Counted from the stretch's first letter, positions 1 through 11,000 are shown. The stretch: 64,000 bases of DNA from Polyangiales bacterium (GCA_044229975.1 JBGARZ010000007.1:1-64000); one strand, 5' to 3'. The notes: generated from the sequence alone by a model not told the origin. Made by a program: numbers and translations.

Positions 1-100
1 GAAAGTCGAGGCGCAGGTCCAGCGTCTCGCGGGCTTGGAAGCGTGGTTCGTGGAGATCCTCTGCGCGCCGAAGGCCGTGCGGGGCGACGGAGCGCACTGA
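1..100 (+). CDS. 3' end of a CDS entering from the left (partial, unknown function)
   Basis: Frame 2 is open (KVEAQVQRLAGLEAWFVEIL...GAH) up to TGA at 98-100. Confidence 0.35.
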   Translation, partial: KVEAQVQRLAGLEAWFVEILCAPKAVRGDGAH

Positions 101-275
101 ACGCACCAGCACCCCGACGAGAAAACTGCGACGCCCTAAGGGCGTCCACCGCGGGCGTGGGCGGGGTGTCGGCGTACTCGTAGCGCGGCGCCCGCTCCGC
201 GAGCGGTCGTCACCTCCGCACCGCAGAGCCGTTGCGCGCCCGGCGAGGAGTTGGGATAACGCTTCCCATCCTTCG

Positions 276-1955
276 ATGAGCCCATCCCCGCGCGTCGAGA
301 CAGCGACACTTCGTCGCCCACGAGCCCTCCTCGCCGCGCTGCTGACGCTCGGTGGGGCCGCGTGCTCGGGGCAGGTGGGCGACGCACCCGGGCGACCCGA
401 TGCAGGCGCTCCGGTGGTCATCACCAACCCCGGCGCTCTCCTCGTGCGACGGCTCACCAACGCCGAGTACGACCGCATCGTCGCCGACCTCGCGGGGCAG
501 ACCACCCGCGTCAGCGCCGACTTCCCCGCCGACCCCAAGGTCGTCGGCTTCGACAACAACGCCGAGTCGCTCACCATCTCCGCCCTCCATGCCGAGCGCT
601 ACCGCGACGCCGCCGAGCGCATCGCCACCGAGACGCTCGCCTCCCCGACGCGACGCGCCGCCGTCGTCGGGTGCTCGCTCACGGGCGACGGTCGCGACGC
701 CTGCCTCCGCGCCTTCGTCGAACGCTTCGCCCGCCGTGCGTTTCGCCGCCCCGCCACCGAGACCGAGGTGCAGGGGCTGCTACAGGTCGCCGCCGTCGCG
801 GTCGATGACCCCGACCCCGACATGGCCGCCGGGCTCGTCATCGGGGCGGTGCTCCAGTCGCCGAGCTTCTTGTTTCGCACGGAGTTCGGCGAGAGCGATC
901 CGGCGCGGCCCGGTCAGTTTCGTCTGCACGGGTACGACCTCGCGGCGCGGCTGTCGTTTCTCCTCTGGGGCACCGCGCCCGACGAGGCGCTGCTCAACCG
1001 CGCTGCTGCCGGTGAGCTCGACTCCGCGGCCGGCCTCGAAGTCGTCGCGCGCTCCATGATCGCCGACCCGCGCACCCGCCCCGGTCTTGCGGGCTTCTAT
1101 CAGCAGTGGCTGCGGCTCTACACGCTCGACGCCGTGCACCGCGACCCGGTGCAGTTTCCGACGTGGGGCCCCGCGCTGCGCGCCTCGATGGCGGGCGAGA
1201 CCTCCCGCGTCGTCGACGACCTCATCTGGCGCGACGGCGCGAGCTTCCTCGACCTGCTCACCACCCGCACCACCTTCGTCGATCCGGGCCTCGCGGCGCT
1301 CTACAACGTCACCGCGCCGAGCGACGGGTGGGCGCCGATGCAGATGGGCGACGGGGTCGCGCGCGGCGGACTGCTCACCCAGGCGAGCTACCTCACGCTC
1401 ACGGCGCACACCGAGGGGTCGACGCTCATCCACCGCGGCAAGTTCGTGCGCGAGGTGCTGCTCTGCGAGACGCTCCCGTCGCCGCCCGCCAACATCCCGA
1501 CCATCCCCGCGCCCATCCCCGGCGAGACCGACGTCGAGCGGCTCGAACGCCACCGCACCGACCCCGCCTGCAACAACTGCCACCGCCGCATGGACCCGGT
1601 GGGCATGGGCATGCGCCGCTACAACGCCATCGGCGGGCTCCAACTCATCGACGCGCAGATGCGGCCCATCCCGCAGACCGGATCGCTCTACGGCTTCGAC
1701 CCGCCGGACTTCGACGGGCCGCTCGCGCTCGGGCAGCGCCTGCACGACTCACCCGAGTTCGCGCAGTGCGTGGTGCGGCAGGTGTTTCGGTATGCCTTCG
1801 GGCGGCCGGAGATTCTCGGCGCCGCCGACGACGGGCCGTCCCTCGACCGGGTGGAGAGCCGCTTTCGCGCGTCGGGGTTCAACTTCCGTGAGCTGCTCGT
1901 CGCGCTCGTGACGAGCGACGTGTTTCGCTTCGGCAACTCCGGGGAGGTCCGCTGA
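276..1955 (+). CDS. DUF1592/DUF1588/DUF1595 (PSD-domain) lipoprotein
   Basis: RRLTNAEY, LQSPSFLFR, LAARLSFLLW, RGGLLTQ, RGKFVREVLLC and a CxxCH motif (CNNCH); lipobox-like AAC. Confidence 0.9.
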   Translation: MSPSPRVETATLRRPRALLAALLTLGGAACSGQVGDAPGRPDAGAPVVITNPGALLVRRLTNAEYDRIVADLAGQTTRVSADFPADPKVVGFDNNAESLTISALHAERYRDAAERIATETLASPTRRAAVVGCSLTGDGRDACLRAFVERFARRAFRRPATETEVQGLLQVAAVAVDDPDPDMAAGLVIGAVLQSPSFLFRTEFGESDPARPGQFRLHGYDLAARLSFLLWGTAPDEALLNRAAAGELDSAAGLEVVARSMIADPRTRPGLAGFYQQWLRLYTLDAVHRDPVQFPTWGPALRASMAGETSRVVDDLIWRDGASFLDLLTTRTTFVDPGLAALYNVTAPSDGWAPMQMGDGVARGGLLTQASYLTLTAHTEGSTLIHRGKFVREVLLCETLPSPPANIPTIPAPIPGETDVERLERHRTDPACNNCHRRMDPVGMGMRRYNAIGGLQLIDAQMRPIPQTGSLYGFDPPDFDGPLALGQRLHDSPEFAQCVVRQVFRYAFGRPEILGAADDGPSLDRVESRFRASGFNFRELLVALVTSDVFRFGNSGEVR

Positions 1956-3313
1956 TGGGATCGTTTCGACTGAGCCGCCGCGCGCTGCTGCGGGGCGCGG
2001 GCATCGCGGTGGCGCTGCCGGTGCTCGACGCCATGCGCGACGGCCGCGGGCTCATCACGGGCACCGCCGACGCCCAGGGTCGCCCCGGCACACCCGTGCG
2101 ACTCATCACGTTGATGTGGCCCAATGGCACCGTCATGTCGCGCTGGACGCCCCGCAACACCGGCGCGACGTACACCCTCTCCGAGTCGCTGCAACCGCTC
2201 GCGGGCTTCACGTTGCCCGACGGCGCCGAAGTGCCCGCCATGCGCGGCGACGTCAACGTCATCAGCGGTCTCAAGAACACCGTGGCCGACCTCGGCGCGG
2301 GCGGCGGCGGCCACATCCGCGCGCTCGCGGCCTTCGGCAACGGCATGCCCATGACGCTCACCAGCGCCGGCGGCATCTCGGTCGATCAGGTCGCCGCCAA
2401 CGCGCTCGGCGGGGCGACGCGCTTCCCGTCCATCCCGGTGGCGGTGCAGCCTGCCGAGACGGCCAACTGGGACGGCGCGAGCGCGGCCATCTTCAACAAC
2501 CTGTCGTGGTCGGGCGTCAACCGACCGGTGCCCGCCGATCGCGATGCGCGCGCCCTCTTCAACCGGCTCTTCTCGGCGCCGAGCTCGCCCAGCGCGGCCG
2601 AGCGGGCGGCGGCGTATCGACGGAGCGTTCTCGACTACGTGCGCGCCGACCTCGCGCGCCTCGATCGTCGCGTGGGCCGCGTCGACCACCAGCGCCTCGA
2701 CGAGCACCTCACCTCCATCCGCGAGCTGGAGCGACAGTCGACCATCAACGCCGCGGCCTGCACGCTGGCGACTGCTCCGCGCGACACCGAGGCGATGCCG
2801 GGCGACGAGTACGCGCGCCTGATGATGCGTCTGCTGGTGATGGCCATGCGTTGTGATCTCACGCGCTACGCGAGCTTCCAGCTCTACCACCCGGCCAACC
2901 TCTATCCCTGGCTCGGCCCGGCGTGGACCAACCTCGAACGCCACGGTCTCTCGCACCGCACCGACGCCGAGGCCAACGACCTCGTGGTGATCGCGACGCA
3001 GTACAACGTGAAGCAGTTTGCGTATCTGTGCTCGCTGCTCAAGGCGGCGCCCGAGGGCGACGGAACGCTGCTCGACCACTCGCTGGTCTACGCGACGAGC
3101 GAGGTCAGCGAGGGCGCGTCCCACACGTACACGGACATGCCCATCCTGCTGGGCGGTCGCGGCGGCGGGCGCGTGCTGCCGGGTCGGCACATCCGCTACG
3201 AGGGCGATCCGACCTTCAACGGGATCTTCGTGTCGATGCTCAACTACCTGGGCGTTCCGACGACGCGCTTCGGGCACGACGGGACGGCGCCGCTGGCTCA
3301 CCTGGAGGGCTGA
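1955..3313 (+). CDS. DUF1552 domain protein with Tat-like N-terminus
   Basis: SRRALLRGAG, ALPVLDAM, RSVLD, LDEHLTSIRELE, CDLTR, GTLLD; TGA/ATG coupled to the DUF1592 gene. Confidence 0.9.
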   Translation: MGSFRLSRRALLRGAGIAVALPVLDAMRDGRGLITGTADAQGRPGTPVRLITLMWPNGTVMSRWTPRNTGATYTLSESLQPLAGFTLPDGAEVPAMRGDVNVISGLKNTVADLGAGGGGHIRALAAFGNGMPMTLTSAGGISVDQVAANALGGATRFPSIPVAVQPAETANWDGASAAIFNNLSWSGVNRPVPADRDARALFNRLFSAPSSPSAAERAAAYRRSVLDYVRADLARLDRRVGRVDHQRLDEHLTSIRELERQSTINAAACTLATAPRDTEAMPGDEYARLMMRLLVMAMRCDLTRYASFQLYHPANLYPWLGPAWTNLERHGLSHRTDAEANDLVVIATQYNVKQFAYLCSLLKAAPEGDGTLLDHSLVYATSEVSEGASHTYTDMPILLGGRGGGRVLPGRHIRYEGDPTFNGIFVSMLNYLGVPTTRFGHDGTAPLAHLEG

Positions 3314-3316
3314 CCG

Positions 3317-4810
3317 CTACCAGCGCGTGTAGACCCCGAGCTCGGGCGCCACGATCGGCAGGAGATCACCCGGGCTCGTTCGCAGCTCGACGCGCACCAG
3401 CGGGCGCAACCCGATGGTGTGGTTGATCCGCACGTCGGCGCCCAGCGACAGGATGTGCCCGCGAATCGCCACGAGCTGCGCGCCCACCGGCAGCCGATCG
3501 AGCTGCACCCCGTAGGTGTACTCACCCCCGAGCTCGAAGCGCGACGTCGGCCGCCACGACACCCTCACCCCGAACGACGACACCCCGTCGTCGACGCTCC
3601 CTCCGGTGGGCGTCGGGATCGTCACGTACGCGAACCAGTACCGCGCCTCGACCCGCAGCGCGTCGGTGAGGGTCACACCCACCGCCGGGTTGATGAGCTG
3701 CACCGCCTGCCCGCTGTCGTAGCTCCAGTAGGAGTAGTTGGCCGCGCCCGTGAGCCGGCTGCCCAGCGGGAAGCTCAAGCCCACGCGACCCAGCCAGCGT
3801 GGAACTGCCACCGCCGGCGCCCCCACGCCCAGCTCGATGTGGGTCGTCCAGCCCGCGCTCGGCACCCACGCGACGCCCAGGAAATGCAGCCCGTTGTAGC
3901 TCCGCGTGTCGGCGTCTGCGCCGAAGCGCAGCGACTGCTCCGTGCGCGCGGAGAACCTGAACCGCCGCCACGCCTGGAGCAGCGTGAGGTCGGCCGAGGG
4001 ATAGTCCCGCACCCCGCCCGGCGCGAAGAACACATCGTCGCGCAGCACCAGCCTCGCCTCACCGCGAAACACCATGTCCCGCATCGCGCTCACGTCACCG
4101 TCCTCGGGGCTCGCGCGCTGCGCCTCGTCGAGGTACCGCGCCGCCGTCGTCGCGTCGCCCTGCCAGTGCGCGATGCGCGCTCGTCGTAGGAGCAGCGGTG
4201 AGCTCATCGGAGTTCGCGCGAGGCCCGCGTAGAGCTCGCGCAGCGCTTCGTCCTGACGCGAACTCCACAAGAGCACATCGACGAGACCCGCCCGCACGTC
4301 GACGTCGTCGGGGTGACGCGACAGCACCCGGCGGTAGTGGGTCTCGCTCGACGACCAGCGGCCCTCCCACGCGTCGACGCGCGCCAGCTCGGCCCGCGCC
4401 TCGTCGTCGTCGGGCGCCACCTGGAGGCGACCTTCGAGGAGCGTTCGTGCGCGCTCGCGCGAGCCCGAGCGCGCCGCCTGCCGCGCCTCGAACATCACCT
4501 GGTCGCGCGTGAGCTGCCCGGGCGGATGCGCGGGCGGCGCCGTCGCGCGACAACCGAGCAGCGCCACGCCCATCGCCAGCAGCGACCTGGGAATCGGAGC
4601 AGGCGGCGAAGAGGACAAGAGCCGCAAGGGCGCAAGGGTCGCAAGGAACAGAAGTCGGCACAGGTTTCGGGTACGGCTTGCCTGCTCGATGGCTCGTCCT
4701 TCCAATGGGTCCGCCCCCTTGCGACCCTTGCGCCCTTGCGGCTCTTGTCCTCTTCGCCGCCTGCTCCGAACTCCAGGCAGCGACCATTGACCTTGACGGC
4801 CCGCGGTCAA
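3317..4810 (-). CDS. TPR + YaiO-like outer-membrane beta-barrel lipoprotein, with an in-frame repeat insertion in the signal region
   Basis: TPR helices (PDDDEARAELARVDAWEG), then amphipathic beta-strands ending in Trp (GVYTRW); lipobox LLGC. Start uncertain: TTG 4810 or ATG 4573. Confidence 0.75.
   Translation of the reverse strand: MTAGRQGQWSLPGVRSRRRRGQEPQGRKGRKGADPLEGRAIEQASRTRNLCRLLFLATLAPLRLLSSSPPAPIPRSLLAMGVALLGCRATAPPAHPPGQLTRDQVMFEARQAARSGSRERARTLLEGRLQVAPDDDEARAELARVDAWEGRWSSSETHYRRVLSRHPDDVDVRAGLVDVLLWSSRQDEALRELYAGLARTPMSSPLLLRRARIAHWQGDATTAARYLDEAQRASPEDGDVSAMRDMVFRGEARLVLRDDVFFAPGGVRDYPSADLTLLQAWRRFRFSARTEQSLRFGADADTRSYNGLHFLGVAWVPSAGWTTHIELGVGAPAVAVPRWLGRVGLSFPLGSRLTGAANYSYWSYDSGQAVQLINPAVGVTLTDALRVEARYWFAYVTIPTPTGGSVDDGVSSFGVRVSWRPTSRFELGGEYTYGVQLDRLPVGAQLVAIRGHILSLGADVRINHTIGLRPLVRVELRTSPGDLLPIVAPELGVYTRW
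4579..4785. mobile_element. MITE/REP-like hairpin element, copy 1, with a putative target-site duplication
   Basis: Perfect 53-bp inverted repeat 4594-4646 / 4717-4769; direct repeat GCAGCGACC at 4579-4587 and 4777-4785. Confidence 0.75.
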
Positions 4811-4828
4811 CCCGACACCAATCGGGCG

Positions 4829-6112
4829 ATGTCCCGGGCAGCGAATCGTCTCTGCGCCGGGCTGCGCGGGGGCCTCGGCGTCGCCATCGCGGCGCTCGTC
4901 ACCGCCTCCGGCTGCGCTCGCCCGCCCTACTCCGTCGATGAGTCGCTGCGTCACGCCGAGCGCTTTCTCACGCCGCGACCCTTCGCCGCCGCGGACGCCT
5001 ACGACGAGGACGGCCGCGCCTTCGCCCTCGGCCGCTGCCACTTCCGCGACTGCGAGCGGGGCGCGGTGAGGAGCTATCACGTCCCGCCGGGCCATCCCCT
5101 GGAGCCGTACCTCGCCGATCGCTCCTTCGTCTACGACGACGCGCTCGCCGTCATCGCCCTCACACTCGTCGGCCGTCGCGATGAGGCCCGCGCCATCGGC
5201 AACACCCTCACGACGCTGCTCACCTCCGACGCGGCGCTGGGCTTCTCGTTCAGCCTGGCGGCGCCGCCCTTCTACAACGTTCGGTATGTGCGCGCGGGCA
5301 CCATGGCCTGGGCGGGGTACGCGCTCGCCCTCTACGACACTCTCACCCACGAGCGACGCTTCACTCCCTATGCGCAGCGCATCGCCGACCGCCTGCTTGC
5401 CTCGCGCGTCGAGTCCGCGACCGATCCGCGCGCGGGCCTCGTCCCCGGTGGCCGCGGCGCCTGGCGCGACCACTACCGCCGCTTCGACGCCCAACACGTC
5501 GCCGCGTACTGCGCCACCGAGCACCAGATCGACACGTACTTCCTCCTCGCCGCCCTCGCGCCGTCGGACCCTACCGGCCGCTACCACGCCGCCGCCGAAC
5601 AGCTCGCCGCGCGCATCGACGCCGCCCTCTGGATGCCCGCCGAAGGGCGCTTCGCCGTCGCGGTCACCACGCAGGGCCCGGTGACCGATCGTGCCCTCGA
5701 TGCCGCCGGCGCGTGGGGCGCGCTCTACCTGCTCGCGCGCGGCGATCGCACCCGCGCCGATCGCGCCATGGACTACACGCTCCGCACCTTCACGCGCGGA
5801 GGCGGCGGCCTCACCCCCTACGCCGGGGCCATCGACGACTACCCCGGCCAGGACTTCTCTCACACGCTCTTTGCTGAAGGCTCCGCGGGCGTCGCGCTGG
5901 CGTTGTTGCGCCTCGGCCGCGCACGCGAGGCGGCCGCGATCTCCGAGACCCTGCGCGCGCTCCAGCGTGATGGTGACGGCGGCGTGGTGTACGCGGTGCC
6001 TGCCTCGGAGGACTTCCCCGACCTGCCCGCGGCGGCCCCCACGGCATGGCTGCTCTTCCTCGAACGCGAGCGCCGCGACCACCACCCGGTCGTCTTCGGA
6101 GGCGTCCCTTGA
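4829..6112 (+). CDS. Lipoprotein-like hypothetical protein, probable (alpha/alpha)-toroid glycoside hydrolase-like fold
   Basis: Signal ending ASGC; FVYDDALAVIAL, ATEHQIDTY and ALDAAGAWG segments; stop overlaps the GT2 start. Confidence 0.6.
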   Translation: MSRAANRLCAGLRGGLGVAIAALVTASGCARPPYSVDESLRHAERFLTPRPFAAADAYDEDGRAFALGRCHFRDCERGAVRSYHVPPGHPLEPYLADRSFVYDDALAVIALTLVGRRDEARAIGNTLTTLLTSDAALGFSFSLAAPPFYNVRYVRAGTMAWAGYALALYDTLTHERRFTPYAQRIADRLLASRVESATDPRAGLVPGGRGAWRDHYRRFDAQHVAAYCATEHQIDTYFLLAALAPSDPTGRYHAAAEQLAARIDAALWMPAEGRFAVAVTTQGPVTDRALDAAGAWGALYLLARGDRTRADRAMDYTLRTFTRGGGGLTPYAGAIDDYPGQDFSHTLFAEGSAGVALALLRLGRAREAAAISETLRALQRDGDGGVVYAVPASEDFPDLPAAAPTAWLLFLERERRDHHPVVFGGVP

Positions 6113-7623
6113 ACCTCCTCCGGCTGGTTCTCATCGTCCTCGACAGCCTCGTGGTGGCGTACGTCTCGACCTTCTTCCTGCTCAACCTGGGCTTCGTGGT
6201 CTTGAGCTTCTTCGCCATCCGCCGCGAGCTCCAGACCGAGCAGGTGAACCCCGCGATGCGCACCTCCGAGGAGCGCTTTCTCCCGCTCGTGACGCTGCTG
6301 GTGCCCGCCTACAACGAGGAGGTCACCATCGCCGAGAGCGTGCGTTCGCTCTTGCGACTCAAGTACCCCGCCTACGAGATCGTCATCTGCAACGACGGCT
6401 CCAAAGACCGCACGGTGCAGGTGCTGCTCAAGGAGTTTCATTTCGTCCGCGCGGAGTTCGAGTACGACGACCACCTCGGCACGGCGCCCATCCGCGCCTT
6501 CTACGAGTCGCGCGCTCCGCTCCCGCCGGGGCTGCGCCGGATCGTGCTCATCGACAAGGAAAACGGCGGCAAGGCCGACGCGCTCAACGCCGCCATCAAC
6601 GTCTCCCGCGGCGACTTCGTCACCAGCATGGACGCCGACAGCCTGCTCGTCCCCGACGCGCTGCTGCTCGCCGCGCGGCCCATCCAAGCCGCGCCGCGTG
6701 AGGTGGTGGCGGTGGGCGTTCAGGTCGGGCTCACCAACGGGTCGCTCGTCGAAAACGGCCGCATCGTCGAGGCCCGCATCCCCAAGGCGTGGATCGCCCG
6801 CTTCCAGATCGTCGAGTACATGCGCTCGTTTGCGCAGGGGCGCACCGCGCTCACGGCCATCAACTCGGTGCTCATCCTGTCGGGCGTCTTCGCGCTCATG
6901 CGCCGCGACCTCGTCATCGCCATCGGCGGCTTCCTCACCAAATACATGCGCAGCCGCATCGGCATCGAGTACTGCGGCGCCGGGGCGCACACCGTCTGCG
7001 AGGACATGGAGGTCGTCGTGCGCCTCCACCGCTACCTGCTCGACAAGGGACTGCCCGGTCGCATCGTCGCGCTGCCGTTCCCCACCGCGTGGACCGAAGC
7101 GCCCGAGAACTACCGCGACATCGGCAAGCAGCGCTCGCGCTGGTACCGCGGTCTCCTGGAGGTGCTCAACTACCACCGGGCGATGATGTTTCGCCGTCGC
7201 TTCGGGCGCATCGGGCTCTTCGCGCTGCCGTACCAGCTCGTCTTCGAGGCGCTCGCGCCGGTGCTGGAGGTCTTCGGCTACGTGCTGCTCGTGATCTCGT
7301 CGCTCGTCGGGTACCTGTCATTCCTTCACATGCTCGCGTTTCTCGGGTTCGCGACGGCGGTCAACCTGTGCCTCTCCACGCTCTCGGTGCTGCTGTGCAT
7401 CCGCGCCGAACGCCTGCGCGGCGGGGCCGCCGACGGCCTCGCGCTCTTTCCCTATCACCGCGCCCGCGACGTGCTGCTGCTCATCGCGATGGGCTTCGTG
7501 TCCAGCTTCGGCTACCGGCAGTACCTCGCCATCTGGCAGCTCCGCGGCCTCTGGGATTTCTTGAAGGGTAAAAAGGGCTGGGATAAGTTCGCGCGGCAGG
7601 GCTTCTCACCGGGCGGAACCTGA
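6109..7623 (+). CDS. GT2 processive glycosyltransferase (PgaC/IcaA-like)
   Basis: VPAYNEE, NDGSKD, GGKADALN, MDAD, CEDME, QRSRW; N- and C-terminal TM helices; GGAGG before TTG 6109. Confidence 0.92.
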   Translation: MNLLRLVLIVLDSLVVAYVSTFFLLNLGFVVLSFFAIRRELQTEQVNPAMRTSEERFLPLVTLLVPAYNEEVTIAESVRSLLRLKYPAYEIVICNDGSKDRTVQVLLKEFHFVRAEFEYDDHLGTAPIRAFYESRAPLPPGLRRIVLIDKENGGKADALNAAINVSRGDFVTSMDADSLLVPDALLLAARPIQAAPREVVAVGVQVGLTNGSLVENGRIVEARIPKAWIARFQIVEYMRSFAQGRTALTAINSVLILSGVFALMRRDLVIAIGGFLTKYMRSRIGIEYCGAGAHTVCEDMEVVVRLHRYLLDKGLPGRIVALPFPTAWTEAPENYRDIGKQRSRWYRGLLEVLNYHRAMMFRRRFGRIGLFALPYQLVFEALAPVLEVFGYVLLVISSLVGYLSFLHMLAFLGFATAVNLCLSTLSVLLCIRAERLRGGAADGLALFPYHRARDVLLLIAMGFVSSFGYRQYLAIWQLRGLWDFLKGKKGWDKFARQGFSPGGT

Positions 7624-7671
7624 CATGCCGAGCGATCACACGACCGCCGTGGTCGTCCCACGGACCTCCCC

Positions 7672-8043
7672 ATGAAGCCCGGCACCCGCGTGCTCCTGGT
7701 CGACGAAGACCCCGCCGCGGTCGCCGCCCTCCACGCGAGCCTCGTGGCCCTCGGCTGCGCTGCGACCGTGAGCCCCGACGGTGCCCAGGCCCTCGCCTCG
7801 GCGCGTCGTGATCGACCCGACGTGGCGGTGCTGGAGGTCACGCTCCCCGAGGCCAGCGGCTACCAGGTGTGCCGCGAGCTCAAGCGCCTCGACCGTCCTC
7901 CCGTCGTCGTGATGCTCACCGCCCACGCCGAGCCCGAACATCGCTTCTGGGCGACCGAGTGCGGGGCCGATCTCTTCCTCGTGAAGCCCACCGAACCCGG
8001 GGCGCTGGTGAGCGCCGTGGAAGGGCTGCTCGCAGGCCGATGA
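7672..8043 (+). CDS. Single-domain response regulator receiver (atypical, Asp to Glu)
   Basis: VLLVDED, PDVAVLEVTLP, VMLTA, FLVKP. Confidence 0.88.
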   Translation: MKPGTRVLLVDEDPAAVAALHASLVALGCAATVSPDGAQALASARRDRPDVAVLEVTLPEASGYQVCRELKRLDRPPVVVMLTAHAEPEHRFWATECGADLFLVKPTEPGALVSAVEGLLAGR

Positions 8044-11000
8044 GCGCCGCCGCACTCGTCACGTACATCGCGATCCTGCTGGTGCTCATGGCCGCGGTGC
8101 CGACGCTCTGGGTGCTCGTGCGCGAGGGCTACGGCCGCTTCGCCGCGCGCCGCGCATTGGAGCGCCTGGAGCTCGCCCGCAAGGTGCTCGAAGGCGGCGC
8201 GGGGCAGAGCCCCGATGACATCGCGCGACGCCTGCGCGACGGCTTCGACGCGGCCACCGTCGAGCGCGTGATGCTGCTCCTGCTGCGCGAGGCCGACGTC
8301 GAGCGCAAGCAGTGGGCGGTGAAGACCTTCGAGCGACTCGGGCTCATGGAGCGCTACGTCGCCCGCGTGCGCGAGGCCCCGACCTGGAGTGAGCGCGCCC
8401 ACGCGGCGGAGGTGCTCGGGCTGGTGGGGGTTCCGAGCGCGGTTCCGTCGCTGGTGGCGGCGCTGCGTGACCCGCACGAGGACGTCGACTCGGTGAAGGC
8501 CGCGGCCGCGACGGCCCTCGCGCGCATCCACGCGGAGGAGGCCATTCCGTTGCTGGTCGCCGAGCTGAGGGTGTCCGACGCCGGGTCGTCACCGCGCGTC
8601 GCCGAGGCGCTCACCCGCTTCGGATCGCCCGCCGTCGCGCCGCTCGTCGAGCTCCTGCGCGACGAAGAACACCCGCAGGCGGCAGTGTGGGCCGCGCGCA
8701 TCCTCGGCCGCATCGGCGACGGCGTCGCGACCACACCGTTGTTGGAGCGCCTCTACGACCGCGTCGACACGGTTCGCATGGCGGCCACCGAGGCGCTCGG
8801 CGTGCTCGGCGATCGGCGCGCCACGCAGGCACTCCTGCGCGCGGCACTGAGCGACCCGATGCCGCAGGTGAGGGCGCACGCCGCCGGGGCCATCGGGCGC
8901 ATGGGCGCCGAGGCGTCCATCGATGTGCTGGTCGCCGCGCTCGCCGACCCCGACTACGGGACGCGCGTGCGGGCGCTGGAGGCGCTGGAGATGATCCGGC
9001 CCGACGACACCGGCCCGTTGGAGCGCTCGCTCCGCGACGAAAACGCCGACGTCCGCAAGCGCGCGGCCCTCGCGCTGGAGCGAGTGGGTTACCTCACCAC
9101 CTGCGTGGAGGGACTGTCGTCGGACGACCCGGCGGTCGCTCGCCGGGCCTACGCAGCGATGCTGGAGCTCGGTCGCGCGGGCCTCGCCGATGGGGTCGCC
9201 GCGCACCTGCACCACGCGGACTTCAGGGTGCGGTCGCGGGTCGCGCGGATGTGCGGCGAGCTGGGGGTTCCGCGCTTTGCAGCGGCGCTCGCGGCGGCGC
9301 GGGAAGACCCGTCGTGGCCGGTGCGCGCGCGCGTGGCCGAGGCCCTCGGCGCCATGCGCGCCGAAGACGGAACCGACGCCCTCGTGGCGCTGCTGGCCGA
9401 CCCGGAGATGGCGGTGCGTGACGCCGCGGCCGAGTCACTCGGACAGCGCGACGGGAAGAGCCTTGAACCGCACTTCAAGGAGCTGTCTCGCGCGTACTTC
9501 CGCGGCTCCGTCTCGGCGCGCCTCGCGGTGCTCAAGCCCGTCGCGACCTTCGAGGCACCCGAAGCGCTGGAGCTGCTCCAGAAGGCCCTCTCCGACCCCA
9601 ACTCCGCGGTGCGTCTCAGCGCCCTGGAGCTCATCGCGTCGCGCAACAGCGCCGTCGCCGTGCAGTCCCTGGTGGACCGCCTCGCCGACCCGGTGAACGA
9701 GGTGCGGCTCGCGGCCATCGACACGCTCGGCCGTCGTGGTCGCCGCGGTCGCAAGGACTCCGTCGACGCGCTGCTCGGTGCGCTGTCGGGCGCGTCCATC
9801 GACGCCAAGGAGCGCATCACCGACGCGCTGGCCTTCGGCGGCGATGACGGCAAGGGCGACGTGCTGCGCGAGCGGCTCGATGAGTTCGCCGCGTCGCCCG
9901 ACCTGGAGCTGCGCATCTGCCTCTGCTGGACGCTGGGCAAGCAGGGCGACCCCGCCGTTCTGCCGCACCTGTTTCGCTCGCTGCGCGACCCCGACGCGCG
10001 GCTGCGGTCGAGCGCCGCGGGGGCCATCGGGAAGATCCCGGGCGCTTCGTCGGTGAAGGCGCTGCTCGGGGCGATCACCGACCGCGACCCGCGCACGCGC
10101 GCGGCTGCGGTCAACGGCGTCGGCAAGATCGGCCCGCGCGAGGACACGGTCTACGACGCGCTGGAGGGGCGGCTGCAAGACCCCGACAGCTTCGTGCGCA
10201 ACCGCGCGGCCATCGCGCTGGGTCGGGTGGGCGGTCCGCGGGCGGAGCTGAGCCTCGCCGACTGTGCGTCGGGTGAGCAGGTGGAGGGTTCGGCGCGGGT
10301 GGTGGCCGCGGCGCTGCTCGGGACGGAGGGCGGACTCTCGGCGGTGACGGGTCTGCTCTCGGACGCGGCGGCGCTCACGGCGCTGGGGGAGTTCTTGAGC
10401 CGCGAGGACGAGGCGCTGCGACGCGAGGTGCTTGCGAAGCTCTGCCTCGACGACCTCGGCGGATCAGCCCAGACGCCCGTCGACCAGGCCGCGGTGGTCG
10501 AGCGCTACGAGCGCATCCTGCGAACCAGCCAGGACCCGTCGAGCCGTCGCCTCGCCGTCGAGGTGCTCGCGCAGGTGCAGGGCGATCGCGGCGTCGAGGC
10601 GCTCGCCGACACGCTGGCCATCGACCCGGTGGAGTCGCTGCGGGTTCACGCGGCGCGCGCGCTGGCCGCTCGTCGCTCGTTGGAGTCGGCCCGCGCGGCC
10701 CTCGCTCGCGGGGTGGCCGATCCGTGTGCGGATGTCGCGATCGTGGCGGCGAAGGCGCTCGGTGAGGCGGGCGATCGGCGCTTCACGAGCGCGCTGTTTC
10801 GTCGGCTGGGGCTCGGGTCGGCGGCGGTGCAGTCCGAGGTCGAGGAGGCGCTGGCGCGGCTGCATCGCGGGGCGACCGAAGACTTCATCGAGCGCATGAA
10901 CGCCGTCACCCGACCGGAGCTCACGGTGGCCTGCCTGCGTGTGCTGGAGCGCATCGCCGAGCCCGCGCTGCTGCCGCTGTTGAAGGGATTGCTCGCCTCG

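Noticed and set aside
276..3313. DUF1592-DUF1552 pair as a novel system
   Set aside because: A well-known, multi-copy pair in myxobacteria and planctomycetes; function unknown but nothing unusual in this copy
3317..6085. The 922-aa ORF as a single protein
   Set aside because: The part upstream of 4810 is the antisense shadow of 4829-6112
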